A stretch of DNA of 64,000 bases from Octopus vulgaris (Eukaryota). The stretch is from assembly GCA_951406725.2 (NCBI GenBank), contig OX597826.1, positions 56,296,001-56,360,000 of the forward strand, read 5' to 3'. The notes under the pieces are model-generated. The model was not told the origin of the DNA, ran no database searches, and saw only the letters and a program-made list of their open reading frames with translations. Made by a program: the position numbers and the translations under genes. How positions within the stretch are numbered: the stretch's first letter is position 1; each line of letters opens with the position of its first letter. Positions 13,487 to 26,470 of the stretch are shown piece by piece.

Positions 13487-13631
13487 GTAGCGTGGATGTG
13501 AGGTATGCAGCTTGCTTTCCAACCACATGGTTCCGGATTCAATCCCACCTTGGGTCAGTGTCTACTATAGCCTCAGGCCGACCAAAGCCTTGTAAGAGAA
13601 TTTGGTAGACGGAAACTGAAAGAAGCCCGTC

Positions 13632-13701
<70 letters not shown>

Positions 13702-13915
13702 ATTTGTGTTTGTGTCTGTGTTTGTCCCTCCACTATCGCTTGGCAACCGATGTGGGTGTGTTTACGTTCCCGTAACTTACACAGATAGAATAAGTACTAG
13801 GCTTACAAAGAATAAGTCCTGTAGTCGATTTGTTCGACTAAAGGTGGTGCCCCAGCATAGCCGCAGTCAAATGACTGAAATAAACAAGAGAATAAAAGAA
13901 TACAAGAATAAAAGA
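13487..13915 (+). mobile_element. SINE family B
   Basis: Head, body, internal (TA)n(TATG)n and tail match other B copies. Confidence 0.9.
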
Positions 13916-14340
13916 ATATATATATATATATATATATATAATTGTGTCTTGGTATACCAGATCATTTCCTCATACTTAAAGGTTTCGTGTGGTTGAGGCA
14001 ATCATCAGTGGGTTTGTGCATCTATGAGTGCGTAAGTTTCTGTGCCAGTGTGTTTATGTATATATATTTCTTTACTGCCCATAAGGGGCTAAAAACAGAG
14101 GGGACAAACAAGGACAGACAAAGGGATTAAGTCGATTACATCGACCCCCAGTGCGGACCTTTTTTATGTATTTATGTGTTTATGTGTATATGTCGCTATC
14201 GCACAAGCTGATTGGCCTGTTGAGCAATCTTACTGCTCCGCTTCCTCTATATTCTCAGCCAAAATCTCCTTGTAACGAGTCGTGCCTTCCTGGACGCTTT
14301 TAAATTTCATGCATACATATATATGTATATATACATATAT

Positions 14341-14570
14341 ATTTCTTTACTACCCACAAGGGGCTAAACATAGAGGGGACAAACAAGGACAGACAAAGGG
14401 ATTAAGTCGATTACATCGACCCCAGTGGGTAACTGGTACTTAATTTATCGACCCCGAAAGGATGAAAGGCAAAGTCGACCTCGGCGGAATTTGAACTCAC
14501 AACGTAACGACAGACGAAATACCGCTAAGCATTTCACCCGGCGCGCTAACGTTTCTGCCAGCTCGCCGCC
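14341..14570 (-). mobile_element. SINE family A, full-length young A2 copy
   Basis: GGCGGCGAGCTGGCAGAAACG head through GTGGGTAGTAAAGAAAT tail; a 3' fragment also lies at 14068-14155. Confidence 0.93.
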
Positions 14571-14607
14571 TACATATATGTATATATACATATATGTGTG
14601 TGTGTCT

Positions 14608-14667
<60 letters not shown>

Positions 14668-14708
14668 GTGTACGTATATATATGCACACTTATACACATG
14701 TATACACA

Positions 14709-15072
14709 GGCGCAGGAGTGGTTGTGTGGTAAGTAGCTTGTTTACCAACCACATGGTTCCGGGTTCAGTCCCACTGCGTGGCACCTTGGGCAAGTGTTTT
14801 CTACTATAGCCTCGGGCCGACCAAAGCCTTGTGAGTGGATCTGGTAAACTGAAATATATGCGTGTGTGTGTTTGTGTGTCTGTGTTTGTCCCCCTAGCAT
14901 AGGCTTGACAACCGATACTGGTGTGTTTATATCCCCGTCACTTAGCGGTTCGGCAAAAGAGACCGATAGAATAAGTACTGGGCTTACAAATTAATAAGTC
15001 CCGGGGTCGAGTTGCTCGATTAAAGGCGGTGCTCCAGCATGGCCGCAGTCAAATGACTGAACTCTAAAGAGT
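14709..15072 (+). mobile_element. SINE family B
   Basis: Matches the other B copies. Confidence 0.92.
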
Positions 15073-15392
15073 AATGTATATGCATAGATCGTCGTTCTGT
15101 GATAGACGAGAATCAGTGTCCTATGGATTTGTGTTCATTCTGGTTACGTCCACCTTGGTGCAAGATGATTTACATTTCTCTCTTTAGTGGCTCAGTAAAA
15201 AAAGAAAATGCTTAAGTATCAGCTAGAGGTTATAAAAAACCTTAAGAAGGTGGTGCCACAGTATGGCCGCAGTCGGAAGACTGAAAATATGTTTGATATA
15301 TAAAAAAAAAATTGGTTGGTGGATGTAAGTACAGGCAGAGAAAGGGGGGGGAGGCAAGGAAAAGAAAGAAAGAAAGAAAAAAGAAAGAAGAA

Positions 15393-15455
<63 letters not shown>

Positions 15456-15581
15456 GAAGAAAAAACATGGCTGGCGGCAGCTGGATAAAATAAGAACGAA
15501 ACGTAGACATAATTTAACGAAGAAGGGGAGAGAGAAAATAATAATAATAAAAAAACAGAAAAATTGTAAGACAAAGTAAAA

Positions 15582-15632
<51 letters not shown>

Positions 15633-15879
15633 GAAGGAAAAAATGAAGTTATCCGAGAAATATGTTGAAGTGAGCAGTCTGAGGCTGATAATCCGTGTAT
15701 AATAGTAGGTCATTAGATCGAGATAGCAGACAAACAAGCTGGTTTGGTAAAAAGTCATGGAAATTGTGTCCACGATGAAAGTGAGGCTCTACAAATAATT
15801 GCGCTCTTTTTCCCCCACTTTCATTATCGCCGATTACTAACAAGGGTTGCGGATTGATTTCATGCATTTACGTGCGTGT

Positions 15880-16387
15880 GGTGTGTGTGTGTGTGTGTGT
15901 GTGTGTGTGATGAGTGTCTGCATGTGTGCGTGCGATTGTGTGTGTGTGTGTATGGTTGTGCGTGCATAAGTATCTATATATATATGTATATGTGTGTGTG
16001 TGTTTGTGTTTATGTGAGAGTGCGTGTGGGTAGAGTTTTTATGCGGATATGTATACAAGAGCCTGCGCGTGATTTGGGGCACACACACGCACACACACAC
16101 ACACACATACACGCATATACACAGACATTTACAGACTCACAAACATATATATGGTCATACGAGTGTGTACATTTCTATATATATACATATATACATGCAT
16201 GTATGATTGCATGCATTTACATGCATACTCATACACACATACACACATATATATATATGTTTTCATGTATGTGCATTCATGCAAATATCTGGTCACATGT
16301 GTGTGTATGTGTGTGTATGTGTGCGGGCGTCCATGTATTATGTTTCCGCGTGTTGGGGTTCACACATTTGGACATACCATTAAACGC

Positions 16388-16451
<64 letters not shown>

Positions 16452-16757
16452 ATGTGCGTGTCTATAGTTGTGCGTGCATAAGTGTCTATATATATATGTG
16501 TGTGTGTTTGTGTGAGTGTAGGTGCGTGTGTGTGTATGAGTGTGCGTATGGGTAGAGTTCTTTATGTGTATATGCATATATGTGCCTGTCCGTGATTTGC
16601 GCCCCCAAACACACACACACACACACACACATGTTTTTATGTATGTGTATTCATGCAAATATCTGTGTATATGTGTGTGTAAGCGTGCGGACGCACACGT
16701 ATTGTGTTTTCGCGTGTAGAAGCTCACACATTTGCACATACCATTATACGCATATAT

Positions 16758-16760
<3 letters not shown>
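15880..16760. repeat. Old ~510-bp tandem duplication of TG/TA-rich sequence
   Basis: Landmarks TGTGCGTGCATAAGT, GGGTAGAGTT, CGTGATTTG, TCATGCAAATATCTG and CACACATTTG recur in the same order. Confidence 0.75.
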
Positions 16761-16794
<34 letters not shown>

Positions 16795-17983
16795 CAGACG
16801 TATATGTGTGTGTTTAGTTTGGGCATTATTACATTGCATTAAATTTTCTTTTTCGCTTTTTTATATTTATGACTTACTGAAGCATATTTTTTTTGGCAAT
16901 ATTTGTGGTTTTTTTTGTCTCAAATTTTAGTGGAAACTTTTTTGTAATCTTCGTTGATGATAATGATCATGATGTTGTTCTCCATCATCATCGTCATCAT
17001 CATCATCGTCGTCATCGTCAGCATCATCGTCAGAAATGATTGTATTTTTCTATTGTGATTTATGATGGTTCCACTCTTTCTTTTTCTCTCTCTAGCTCGC
17101 TCTCACTCTCTTTCATTCACCCTCCTCCTCCTCTCTCTCTCACTTTCCCTCTCTCTCTCTCTCTCTCTCTCGTTACTAATTTTGCCTTTTCCGTCAGTGA
17201 TTTTTATGTTTTTTCCTGGTTCTTATTGTTCATGTTGTCATTGCTGTGGTAGATGATGATGATGATGTTCAACATCATCATCATCGTCCTCATCATCATC
17301 ATTATTATCATCATATCACCATGACCATAACGATAATTACGATATCACTGCCAAAATTTCATTTGTGTAAAAGCGAACAAGACTTAAGATTTACACATAA
17401 CAAACTCATAACAAGTTGGTGTTTCGGTTGAAATTATCATGAAATGCTTGGTTTCATTTGGAGCTTCCCATTAGGTCTTTGTCTTCTTTCTCAGTATTTT
17501 TCTTAGTGTCTAACAAAACCCATTTTGAGATAGATATTCTTTCCAAATTCCCAAGCTGAATAATTGTCCGGGCTATTGAAAGTAACCGTTTGTGGAGATA
17601 TACTTCTGCTAGAGCAGACGCAGTATGGCCAAACGGTTAAGAAGTTCGCTTTGCAGCCACAAGGTTCCGGGTTTGATCCCACAGCGGAGTATATCGGGTG
17701 ATTGTCCTTTTTCTATATTTTCAGGCCGAACCAAACATTATGAGTGAAAACAAGAAGACAGAAACTGATAGTGTCAGTAAATTGAACAGAAGACCATTCA
17801 GTGCTCAAACCACAATCCTACCTCCTCTCCAAGGAAAAGAGGGACAATCCAGCTTGTCATGAGGGTCACTGGAAATAAACTCAGATTATAAAGAATCAGA
17901 GTAAATACCACAAGACATTCTGTTCGAAGATGTAAAAGTTTCCACAATCCACTATTTTGAAAGTTTCCACAGTCCACAGTCTA

Positions 17984-18365
17984 CCATTTTGAAATTATGT
18001 TTTATTATACCGACCCCAGAAGGATAAAAGGTTAGGTTGATCATAGCATTTGAACTCGGAACATATTATATGAACGAAGACACATTTTTACAATGAAATA
18101 CCTATTACAAAAATTGTATAGGACGGTCGCGGATGCCATGCTTTTTGCACAGGTATCAGAGTTAATACCACAGCTCATTCTGTCCCAAGATCTGTTTCCA
18201 AACTTCCCCATTTTGAAATTGTATCTTCTTATAACGACCCCAAAAGAATGAAGGATAATGTTGATCGTAGCATTTGAACTTATATAAACACGGACACATT
18301 TTTTGCAATGAAATACCTATTTAAAATGTTGCATGGGACGGTCACAGCTGGAATGCTTTTTGCGT
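17984..18365. repeat. Diverged ~224-bp tandem duplication containing an old SINE A fragment
   Basis: CCATTTTGAAATT...CGACCCCA...TAGCATTTGAACT...CAATGAAATACCTATT...ATGCTTTTTGC at ~17984 and ~18208. Confidence 0.85.
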
Positions 18366-18686
18366 AATTCTACTGTCTAGATGGATCTAGTAGTAAGGAA
18401 CAACATCAATTTGATTCCATTGTTAATTGCGCCATTTTCCTGAATATTTCTTTAGACCTTGTATGAAAGTATGGTGGCACTAAGAGACAGAGATCTTTCT
18501 GCACTGCCTCGTTAACCAAGCAACTAATTAACATATGACCTTCATAACCGTAGTTCTTTCAACATCATCACATCTATTTCTGCTGTTTATTCTTCTGTTT
18601 TCTCTGTATTGGCCTCATTAACGTAATAGCTTTATTTATTTATGCATGTACGCGTATGCATATGGGCTCTTGTGCATGTATGCGTG

Positions 18687-18831
<145 letters not shown>

Positions 18832-19168
18832 GTAGGCAGGTATGTAGGTAGGTAGGTAGGTAGGTAGGTAGGTAGGTAGGTAGGTAGGTAGGTAGGTAGG
18901 TAGGTAGGTAGGTAGGTAGGTAGGTGGACGAACAGTTAGATAGATAGATAGATATAATATGTGTATAAGCGCTTGTGTGTGCGTGTGTGTGCGTGTGTGG
19001 GCGTGTGTTACTTATGAAGAAAAGGTACTTTATAAATCAGTAGAACTTGACATAGTCGGGCCGTCGTCGAGTGAAGTGACAGCCGTAATAGAGAAAGCTT
19101 TTCTCGAGGTAAAGACCATAACGTAACACGTTGCAAGACCCAAAACAAAACCTATCAAAATAGCTGAT

Positions 19169-19220
19169 GAGTCAACTGTAGGAGTCAACTATAGGAGTCA
19201 ACTGTAGGAGTCAACTGTAG
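19169..19220 (+). repeat. 13-bp minisatellite GAGTCAACTRTAG x4
   Basis: Direct reading; no spacers. Confidence 0.9.
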
Positions 19221-19571
19221 GCCAACGATTATTCAATGTAACTGTTTCCACCTTCACTTATCGAGTATTATTTCTTATACATATATGTATAAATGTGTGT
19301 GAGTGCGTATATGTGTGTTTGTATAAATGTAAACGTGTACTTATATGTATAAATGTGTGTGTTTGTAGAAATGTAAACAAATCTTTGTTTGTCTTATTAC
19401 AATCGTCGAAATGTGTATTGTACGATAGAAATAAGGAGTTGATATTTTTCGAATGCTGAGTTACCGTTGGAACGGAGTCTTTGAGGGATATGGGTTCGAG
19501 TATTTCTGCTGTTCTAATGGCAACCCTGCGTTCGAAAAAAAAAACTATCATTTTCTTATTTGTATCGTACA

Positions 19572-19638
<67 letters not shown>

Positions 19639-19691
19639 TATGTTTACATGTATGTATATACCTGTACGTAAAAACGTATGCTTATAATTAA

Positions 19692-19925
19692 AGCGGTGAG
19701 CTGGCAGAATCGTTAGCACGCCGGGCGAAATGCTCGCCAGTATTTCGTCTGCCGCTACGTTCTGAGTTCAAATTCCGCCGAGGTCGACTTTGCCTTTCAT
19801 CCTTTCGGGGTCGATTAAATAAGTAGCAGTTACGCACTGGGGTCGATATAATCGACTTAATCCGTTTGTCTGTCCTTGATTGTCCCCTCTGTGTTTAGCC
19901 TCTTGTTTACAATAAAGAAATAAAT
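19692..19925 (+). mobile_element. SINE family A (A2) with ~14-bp TSD
   Basis: TATGCTTATA(A/T)TTA on both sides. Confidence 0.92.
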
Positions 19926-20217
19926 ATATGCTTATATTTAGAATACAACGGGAATGTATCTTAAAGCAAGAATTCACCGTCTCTCCTCGATAAACTAGAC
20001 TTAATGCAATACACTTGATAATACTGAATAAAAGCTCATTCAGCCTATATACATATTAAAATGAAATTTATTCATTTTTATCTCCTTCCTTTGAATCGAA
20101 ATTTTATCTATTTATTTACTTCATATTTATCACCTATTTATTTACTTTTATATATCTGTTGTACACACTTTTCCAGAGAATGATTTCTATACACGCTTAA
20201 ACATTTGCACGCATATA

Positions 20218-20301
<84 letters not shown>

Positions 20302-20448
20302 TATAAACTTATATTACGTTATATTATATGTATTTAGGTGTGTGTATATATATATATATATGTATGTATGTATGTATGCATGTATATATGTATGTATGCA
20401 TGTATGTATGTATGTATGTATGTATGCATGTATATATGTATGTATGTA

Positions 20449-21740
20449 CGAGGGACGTTAAATAAGTAATGCCCCTGACCCACTTGCAGTTACTTGATCT
20501 AGCTGGAATTTTGCATGTGCAATTATTTATATCTCTATAGATTGAGTGGCAAATTACAGCTCTGAACTAATAGTGGTTTCTGATTTACAGGTGTTTGAAC
20601 TGAGTCAAGTGTGAAATGGAGCCTGTTGAGTGTCGAGCAGTGATCCGGCTTTTGTATTTGAAAGGACGCACGCCACTTGAGACTTTTGATGAAATGAAAG
20701 TAACTTATGGTGATGATGCCCCATCATATGACCTTGTAAAACGCTGGTATCGTGAATTCAAACATGGTCGGAACTCTATGGAAACAGCTCCAAGATCTGG
20801 TCGCCCCCTTCTGCCATTGATGAGGCATCTGTCCGTCAAGTTGAGGCTGCCATTTTGGAAGATCGACGCATAACTATTCGCCAAATAGCCCATGAGGTCA
20901 AGATTAGTACCGGGTCTGTGGAAACTATCATTCATGACCATTTGCATATGCAAAAGGTGTCTGCCAGATGGATTCCCAGGTTGCTCACACCTTTCCAGAA
21001 GCAAGAACGCGTCGAGTGCTCGAGGATGAATTTGGAGATGTGCCAAGAAGATGAGTCAAAATTTTTCAAAAGACTGATTAAACAGGATGAAACCTGGGTC
21101 CATCACTATGATCCAGAGACCAAAGCCCAGTCAATGCAGTGGAAGCACCGTGACTCACCTCCACCAAAGAAGGCAAGGACGCAGCCCACCGCTAGCAAGG
21201 TCATGCTCACAGTCTTCTGGGACCAGGACGGAGTAGTGAAGACAGATTTCCTGGCAAAGGGTACCACAATTACAGGAGCCTATTATGCTTCACTTTTGAG
21301 GAAATTAAGAGAAGTTATCAAAATCAAGAGGCGGGGCAAGATCAGCAAAGGCATCCTCCTCCTGCAGGACAACGCTCCGGTCCACAACTCGCGTGTCGCC
21401 AGATCAGAAGCACGGGCGTGCGGCTATGAACTCCTTCCCCATCCCCCCTACTCTCCTGACCTTGTACCCTCTGATTTTCACCTCTTCCCAGCCATGAAGT
21501 TGTTTTTGAAAGGAAAGCGTTTCCCAGATGATGCAGCCTTGATTTCTGAAGTCACGTCGTGGTTGCAGGACCAAGCTGGGGTCTTCTACAAAATCGGTCT
21601 CCAGAGCTGCATCAAACGATGGGAGAAATGCATAACTCTGAGTAGTTCCTATGTAGAAAGAGACTAATAACTGTGCCAAGTTTCGTTGCTCTACTGCTAT
21701 GGGAAGTGGGTCAGAGGCATTACTTATTGAACGCCCCTCG
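20449..21740 (+). mobile_element. Full-length mariner (DD34D) DNA transposon, 1292 bp
   Basis: 37-bp TIRs CGAGGGRCGTTMAATAAGTAATGCCYCTGACCCACTT (3 mismatches); TA TSD at 20447-48 and 21741-42; internal transposase. Confidence 0.98.
20616..21667 (+). pseudogene. Mariner transposase with a single frameshift (~20805-20812); adding one base gives 350 aa
   Basis: N-terminal HTH, RSGRP, WIPRLL, QDETW, QDNA and YSPDLVPSD motifs; 34 residues between the 2nd and 3rd catalytic Asp. WIPRLL resembles irritans-type mariners (inference). Confidence 0.96.
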
Positions 21741-21810
21741 TATGTATATATGTATGTATATATGTATGTATGTATATATGTATGTATGTATGTATATATG
21801 TATGTATGTA

Positions 21811-21846
<36 letters not shown>

Positions 21847-22190
21847 TGTATGTATGCATGTATGCATGTATATATGTATTTTGTATGTATGTATATATGT
21901 ATGTATGTATGTATGTATATATATATATGTATGTATGTATATATGCATGTATGTATGTATGTATATATGTACGTATGTATGTATGTATGTATGTATGTAT
22001 GTATGTATGTATGTATGTATGTATGCATGTATGTATGTATGCATGTATGTATGTATGTATGTATGTATGTATGTATGTATGCATGTATGTATGTATGTAT
22101 GTATGTATGTATGTATGTATGTATGTATGTATGTATGTATGTATGTATGTATGCATGTATGAATGTATGTATGTATGTATGTATGTAAGC
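21741..22190 (+). repeat. (TATG)n microsatellite flanking the mariner (also 20360-20448)
   Basis: Direct reading. Confidence 0.98.
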
Positions 22191-22422
22191 ATGTGTGTAT
22201 GCGTTGCCACATACTTAGATCATTATCTCTGCACCTAGCTGTTCCATTCAGCGTTTCTGCTGAAGCTGAAGGCGGAAGCTTCATTAGCAATTCCCCATGT
22301 CGAGTGTCACAATGTTCAGCCTACAGATGTTCGGCGTTATTAACACCGAATGGACCGACTGTCTGCAGCATACATACATATATACATACATACATATATA
22401 CATTCATACATACATACATACT

Positions 22423-22491
<69 letters not shown>

Positions 22492-22676
22492 ATATACATG
22501 TATACATACATCATATATATTCATATAAATATATATATATGTATATATACATGCATACATATAATATATATATATAAATACATACATATATAAAGATACA
22601 CACACACACTCACACTCGCACACACACACACACTCACACACACATTTATACCGTAGTAATATATATATATTACTAC

Positions 22677-23035
22677 GGCACTCCGTCGGATAAGGCGACG
22701 AGTGTTCGAGCTGATCCGATCAACGGAACAGCCTGCTCGTGGAATTAACGTGTAAGTGGCTGAGCACTCCACAGACACGTGTACCCTTAACGTAGTTCTC
22801 GGGGAGAATTCAGCGTGATAGAGAGCGTAAAAAGACTGGCCCTTTGAAATTCAAGCACAACAGAAACAAGAAGAAAGAAAGAATGAGATAAAGTACAGCA
22901 GGGTTTACCACAAATCCCTGCCAGAGCCTCGTGGAGGTTTAGGTGTTTTCGCTCAATAAACACTCACAACGCCCAGTCTGGGAATCGAAACCGCGATGCT
23001 ATGACCGCGAGTTCGCTTCCCTAACTACTGGGCCA
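22677..23035 (-). mobile_element. SINE family C
   Basis: Colinear with 1606-1975. Confidence 0.92.
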
Positions 23036-23198
23036 TATATATATATTCGAACGCAAGACAGCTAAACTTTTTTATTACACTCAACTTGAAACTTACAGCT
23101 CTTATACTTACTACCGACAAAACACCACCACGTTGATTCTGTTGAGACCAGTAAGAAACAATTATGAACTTTTTTTATTACACTTAACTTTTTTAAAT

Positions 23199-23245
23199 AT
23201 TTTTGGTAAGGTTCGTTTTCCAAGAAGAACCGAAACATGTAAAGT
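23199..23245 (+). ncRNA. Minimal type I hammerhead ribozyme relic (U3-A8 core, A6 mutated) in a probable Penelope-like pLTR fragment (~23045-23300)
   Basis: ATTT-TTGGTAA-GGTTC..GAACC-GAAAC-AT-GTA^-AAGT: 5-bp stem II, palindromic ACATGT stem III, 4-bp stem I. Confidence 0.65.
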
Positions 23246-23317
23246 TTCTAAGAAAATTAAAATTTATCTTATATAGTGGCGTTTTCAAACTTCTTATATA
23301 TTTATATATATATATAC

Positions 23318-23585
23318 AGAAAATAGTAAAAAGTGAAAAAACTACAGAAGGCTTGTTTTAAAAGGTTAAAAAATATATATTTGAGTCATTATGTCTGAAG
23401 AATGTTATAAATTTTTTTCATACAATGACATAGTTTTTGTCATACAATGACATAGTTTCTTCAAAAACTATGTCATCGTATGAAAAAAATTTATAACATT
23501 CTTCAGACATAATGACTCAAATATATATTTTTTTTAACCTTTTAAAACAAGCCTTCTGTAGTTTTTTCACTTTTTACTATTTTCT
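23318..23585. repeat. Near-perfect long inverted repeat (~122-bp arms, 22-bp spacer) between (TA)n runs
   Basis: 23318-23439 is the reverse complement of 23462-23585 apart from one substitution and one homopolymer length difference. Confidence 0.96.
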
Positions 23586-23624
23586 ATATATTCAACCACG
23601 TGCTTTCACACACCAACTTTCTCA

Positions 23625-23674
<50 letters not shown>

Positions 23675-23987
23675 TATATATCTCAACCTATAATAATCTT
23701 AGAGTATCCTCCCTAAGAGGATACTCAGAGATTATTCGTATTATAGTGTGAGTTTTCCTCGTTTAGTCTCTGTAATTACTTTTTATATAATAAGTATATC
23801 TATACACATTACCCTCATAATGAGCTCTACATTCGATGATGCGTGCATTGCGTAAAATATACATTTGCCTGTTTTACCACATCTACATGACTCAGTGTGT
23901 GCGCGCGCGCGCGCGTGTGTGTGTGTAATTATGTTTATATGAAGGAGTGTAAGTATCTCCATATATAGTTATATGTATATTGTAAGG

Positions 23988-24555
23988 CTAGTACTTATTC
24001 CATCGTTTCTTTTGCCGAACCGCTGAGTTACGGGGACATAGACACACCAGCATCGGTTGTCAAGCGATGGTGGGTGCACAAACACAGACACACGAACATA
24101 TATATATAATATATGGGGTTGATTTGTTCGACTAAAGGCGGTGCTCCAGCATGGCCGCAGTCAAATGACTGAAATAAATAAAAGAGTGTGTATTTTCTTA
24201 TCTTTTATCTTCTACTTCTTTCACTCATTAGACTGCGGCGATGCTGGAGCACCGCCATGAAGAATTTTAGAGGAACGAATCTATCCCAGTACTTTGTTAT
24301 TTTTTTAAAAGCCTGATACTTATTTTATCGGCCCATTTTACCGAACCACTTAGTTATGGGGCACGTAAACATTCCAACAATATTTGTCAAGTGGTCGGGG
24401 CAAAATAACATACACACACACACACTTCTTTCAGTTTCCGCAAGGCTTTGGTCAGCTTGAGGCCACAGGAGAAGACATTTGCTCTAGATGCGAGATAGTG
24501 GGTCTGAACCCGGAACCATGTGGTCGGGAAGCAAGCTTCTTACCTCACAGCCACA
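23988..24555. mobile_element. SINE family B fragments (-, +, -)
   Basis: Pieces matching the B body and tail in both orientations. Confidence 0.85.
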
Positions 24556-24728
24556 TTATACGATCATATTTTCGTAGACTTTTTTTTGTGCGTATAGAAC
24601 TGAGTGTTTGCATGCATTTCTGCATGTGCACATTTGTATATGTGAATGCATTCCACACCGATCCTACTCACGTGCGCTTACACATACGGACCTGCCACTG
24701 GACCTGCCACCGGTAATCACGCAAGGTA

Positions 24729-25143
24729 GGGCGGCGAGCTGGCGGAAACGTTAGCACGCCGGGCGAAATGCTTAGCGGTATTTCGTCTGCCGTTACGTTG
24801 TGAGTTCAAATTCTGCCGAGACCGACTTTGCCTTTCATCCTTTCGGGGTCGATAAATTAAGTACCAGTTACGCACTGGGGTCGATGTAATCGACTTAAAA
24901 CCTATGTCTGTCCTTGTTTGTCCCCTCTGTGTTTAGCCCTTAGTGGGTAATAAAGAAATAGGTATTTCGTCTGCGTTACGTTGTGAGTTCAAATTCCGCC
25001 GATGTCAACTTTGCCTTTCATCTTTTTGGGGTCGATAAATTAAGTACCAGTTACGCACTGGGGTCGATGTAATCGACTTAATACCTATGTCTGTCCTTGT
25101 TTGTCTCCTCTGTGTTTAGCCCCTTGTGGGTAATAAAGAAATA
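24729..25143 (+). mobile_element. SINE family A one-head/two-body dimer with ~15-bp TSD
   Basis: GGT(A/G)ATCACGCAAGG on both sides; second body restarts at GGTATTTCGTCTG (24961). Confidence 0.93.
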
Positions 25144-25344
25144 GGTGATCACGCAAGGCAATTCAGTCGGTAAGACATTCGGTGTACCGACGATTGATCT
25201 GACAACATTGCTAATCTTGCTTGAAGAAGGAGGAAAGGATTTTTAAGCAGTCCCCAGAATAGTAAATAAAGCTTACCAACCGACGGATGACTTCAAGGGA
25301 GGTCAGTGAACATTCAGTAGGGTGTACAGATTCAAATACACAAA

Positions 25345-26434
25345 TGTGTATATATGTGAGCGTGCCTCTACGTGTGTGTGTGTGAGTGAGTGTATGTGTG
25401 TGCATGTATGTGAGCATGCTTGCGTGTGTGTATGTGTGTGTATGTGCGTGAGCGTGCTACGTGTATGTGTGTATGTGTGTGAGTGTGTATGTGAGTGTGC
25501 CTGCGCGCGTGCGTATGTGTGTGCATTTATGTGAGCGTGCCTGTGTGTGTGTGTACGTGTGCATTTATGTGAGCGTGCCTGTGTGTGTTTGTGTATGTGT
25601 GAATATATGTGAGTGTGCCTGCGCGCGTGCGTATGTGTGTGCATATATGTGAGCGTGCCTCTGTGTGTGTGTACGTGTGCATATATGTGAGCGTGCCTGC
25701 GTGTGTGTGTGCGTGTGCATATATGTGAGCGTGCCTGCGCGCGTGTGTGTGCGTGTGCATATATGTGAGTGTGCCTGCGCGTGTGCGTATGTGTGTGCAT
25801 ATATGTGAGCGTGCCTGTGTGTGTGTGCGTGTGCATATATGTGAGCGTGCCTGCGTGTGTGTGTGCGTGTGCATATATTTGAGCGTGCCTGCGTGTGTGT
25901 GTATGTGTGCATATATTTGAGTGTGCCTGCGCGCGTGCGTATGTGTGTGCATATATGTGAGCGTGTCTATGTGTGTGTACGTGTGCATATATGTGAGTGT
26001 GCCTGCGCGCGTGCGTGTGTGTGTGCATATATGTGAGCGTGTCTATGTGTGTGTACGTGTGCATATATGTGAGCGTGCCTTTGTGTGTATACGTATGCAT
26101 ATATGTGAGCGTGCCTGCGTGTGTGTGTATGTGTGCATATATGTGAGTGTGCCTGCGCGCGTGTGTGTGTGTGTGCATATATGTGAGCGTGCCTGTGTGT
26201 GTGTATGTGTGCATATATGTGAGTGTGCCTGCGCGCGTGCGTATGTGTGTGCATATATGTGAGCGTGTCTATGTGTGTGTACGTGTGCATATATGTGAGC
26301 GTGCCTTTGTGTGTATACGTATGCATATATGTGAGCGTGCCTACGTGTGTGTGTGTGCGTGTGCATATATGTGAGCGTGCCTGCGTGCGTGTGTGTGTAT
26401 GTGTGTGTGTGCTTATATGTGAGCGTGCCTGCAT

Positions 26435-26466
<32 letters not shown>

Positions 26467-26470
26467 GGCT
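25345..26470. repeat. ~30-36-bp purine/pyrimidine-alternating minisatellite with higher-order structure
   Basis: Unit GTGCATATATGTGAG(C/T)GTGCCTG(CG/TG)n; the same series of variants recurs at ~26035 and ~26261. Confidence 0.95.

Noticed and set aside
17440-17590. Possible extreme C-terminus of another RLE LINE (..VLLDT.KILRK) on the minus strand
   Set aside because: Needs frameshifts over a very short match; too weak to list.
19169-19220. Possible CRISPR-like array, or a hammerhead after CTGATGA at ~19164
   Set aside because: Head-to-tail 13-mers without spacers in eukaryotic DNA; no stem II or GAAA follows the CTGATGA.
23392-23470. CTGAAGA within the palindrome arms as a hammerhead core
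   Set aside because: No correctly placed GAAA, stem III or cleavage triplet.
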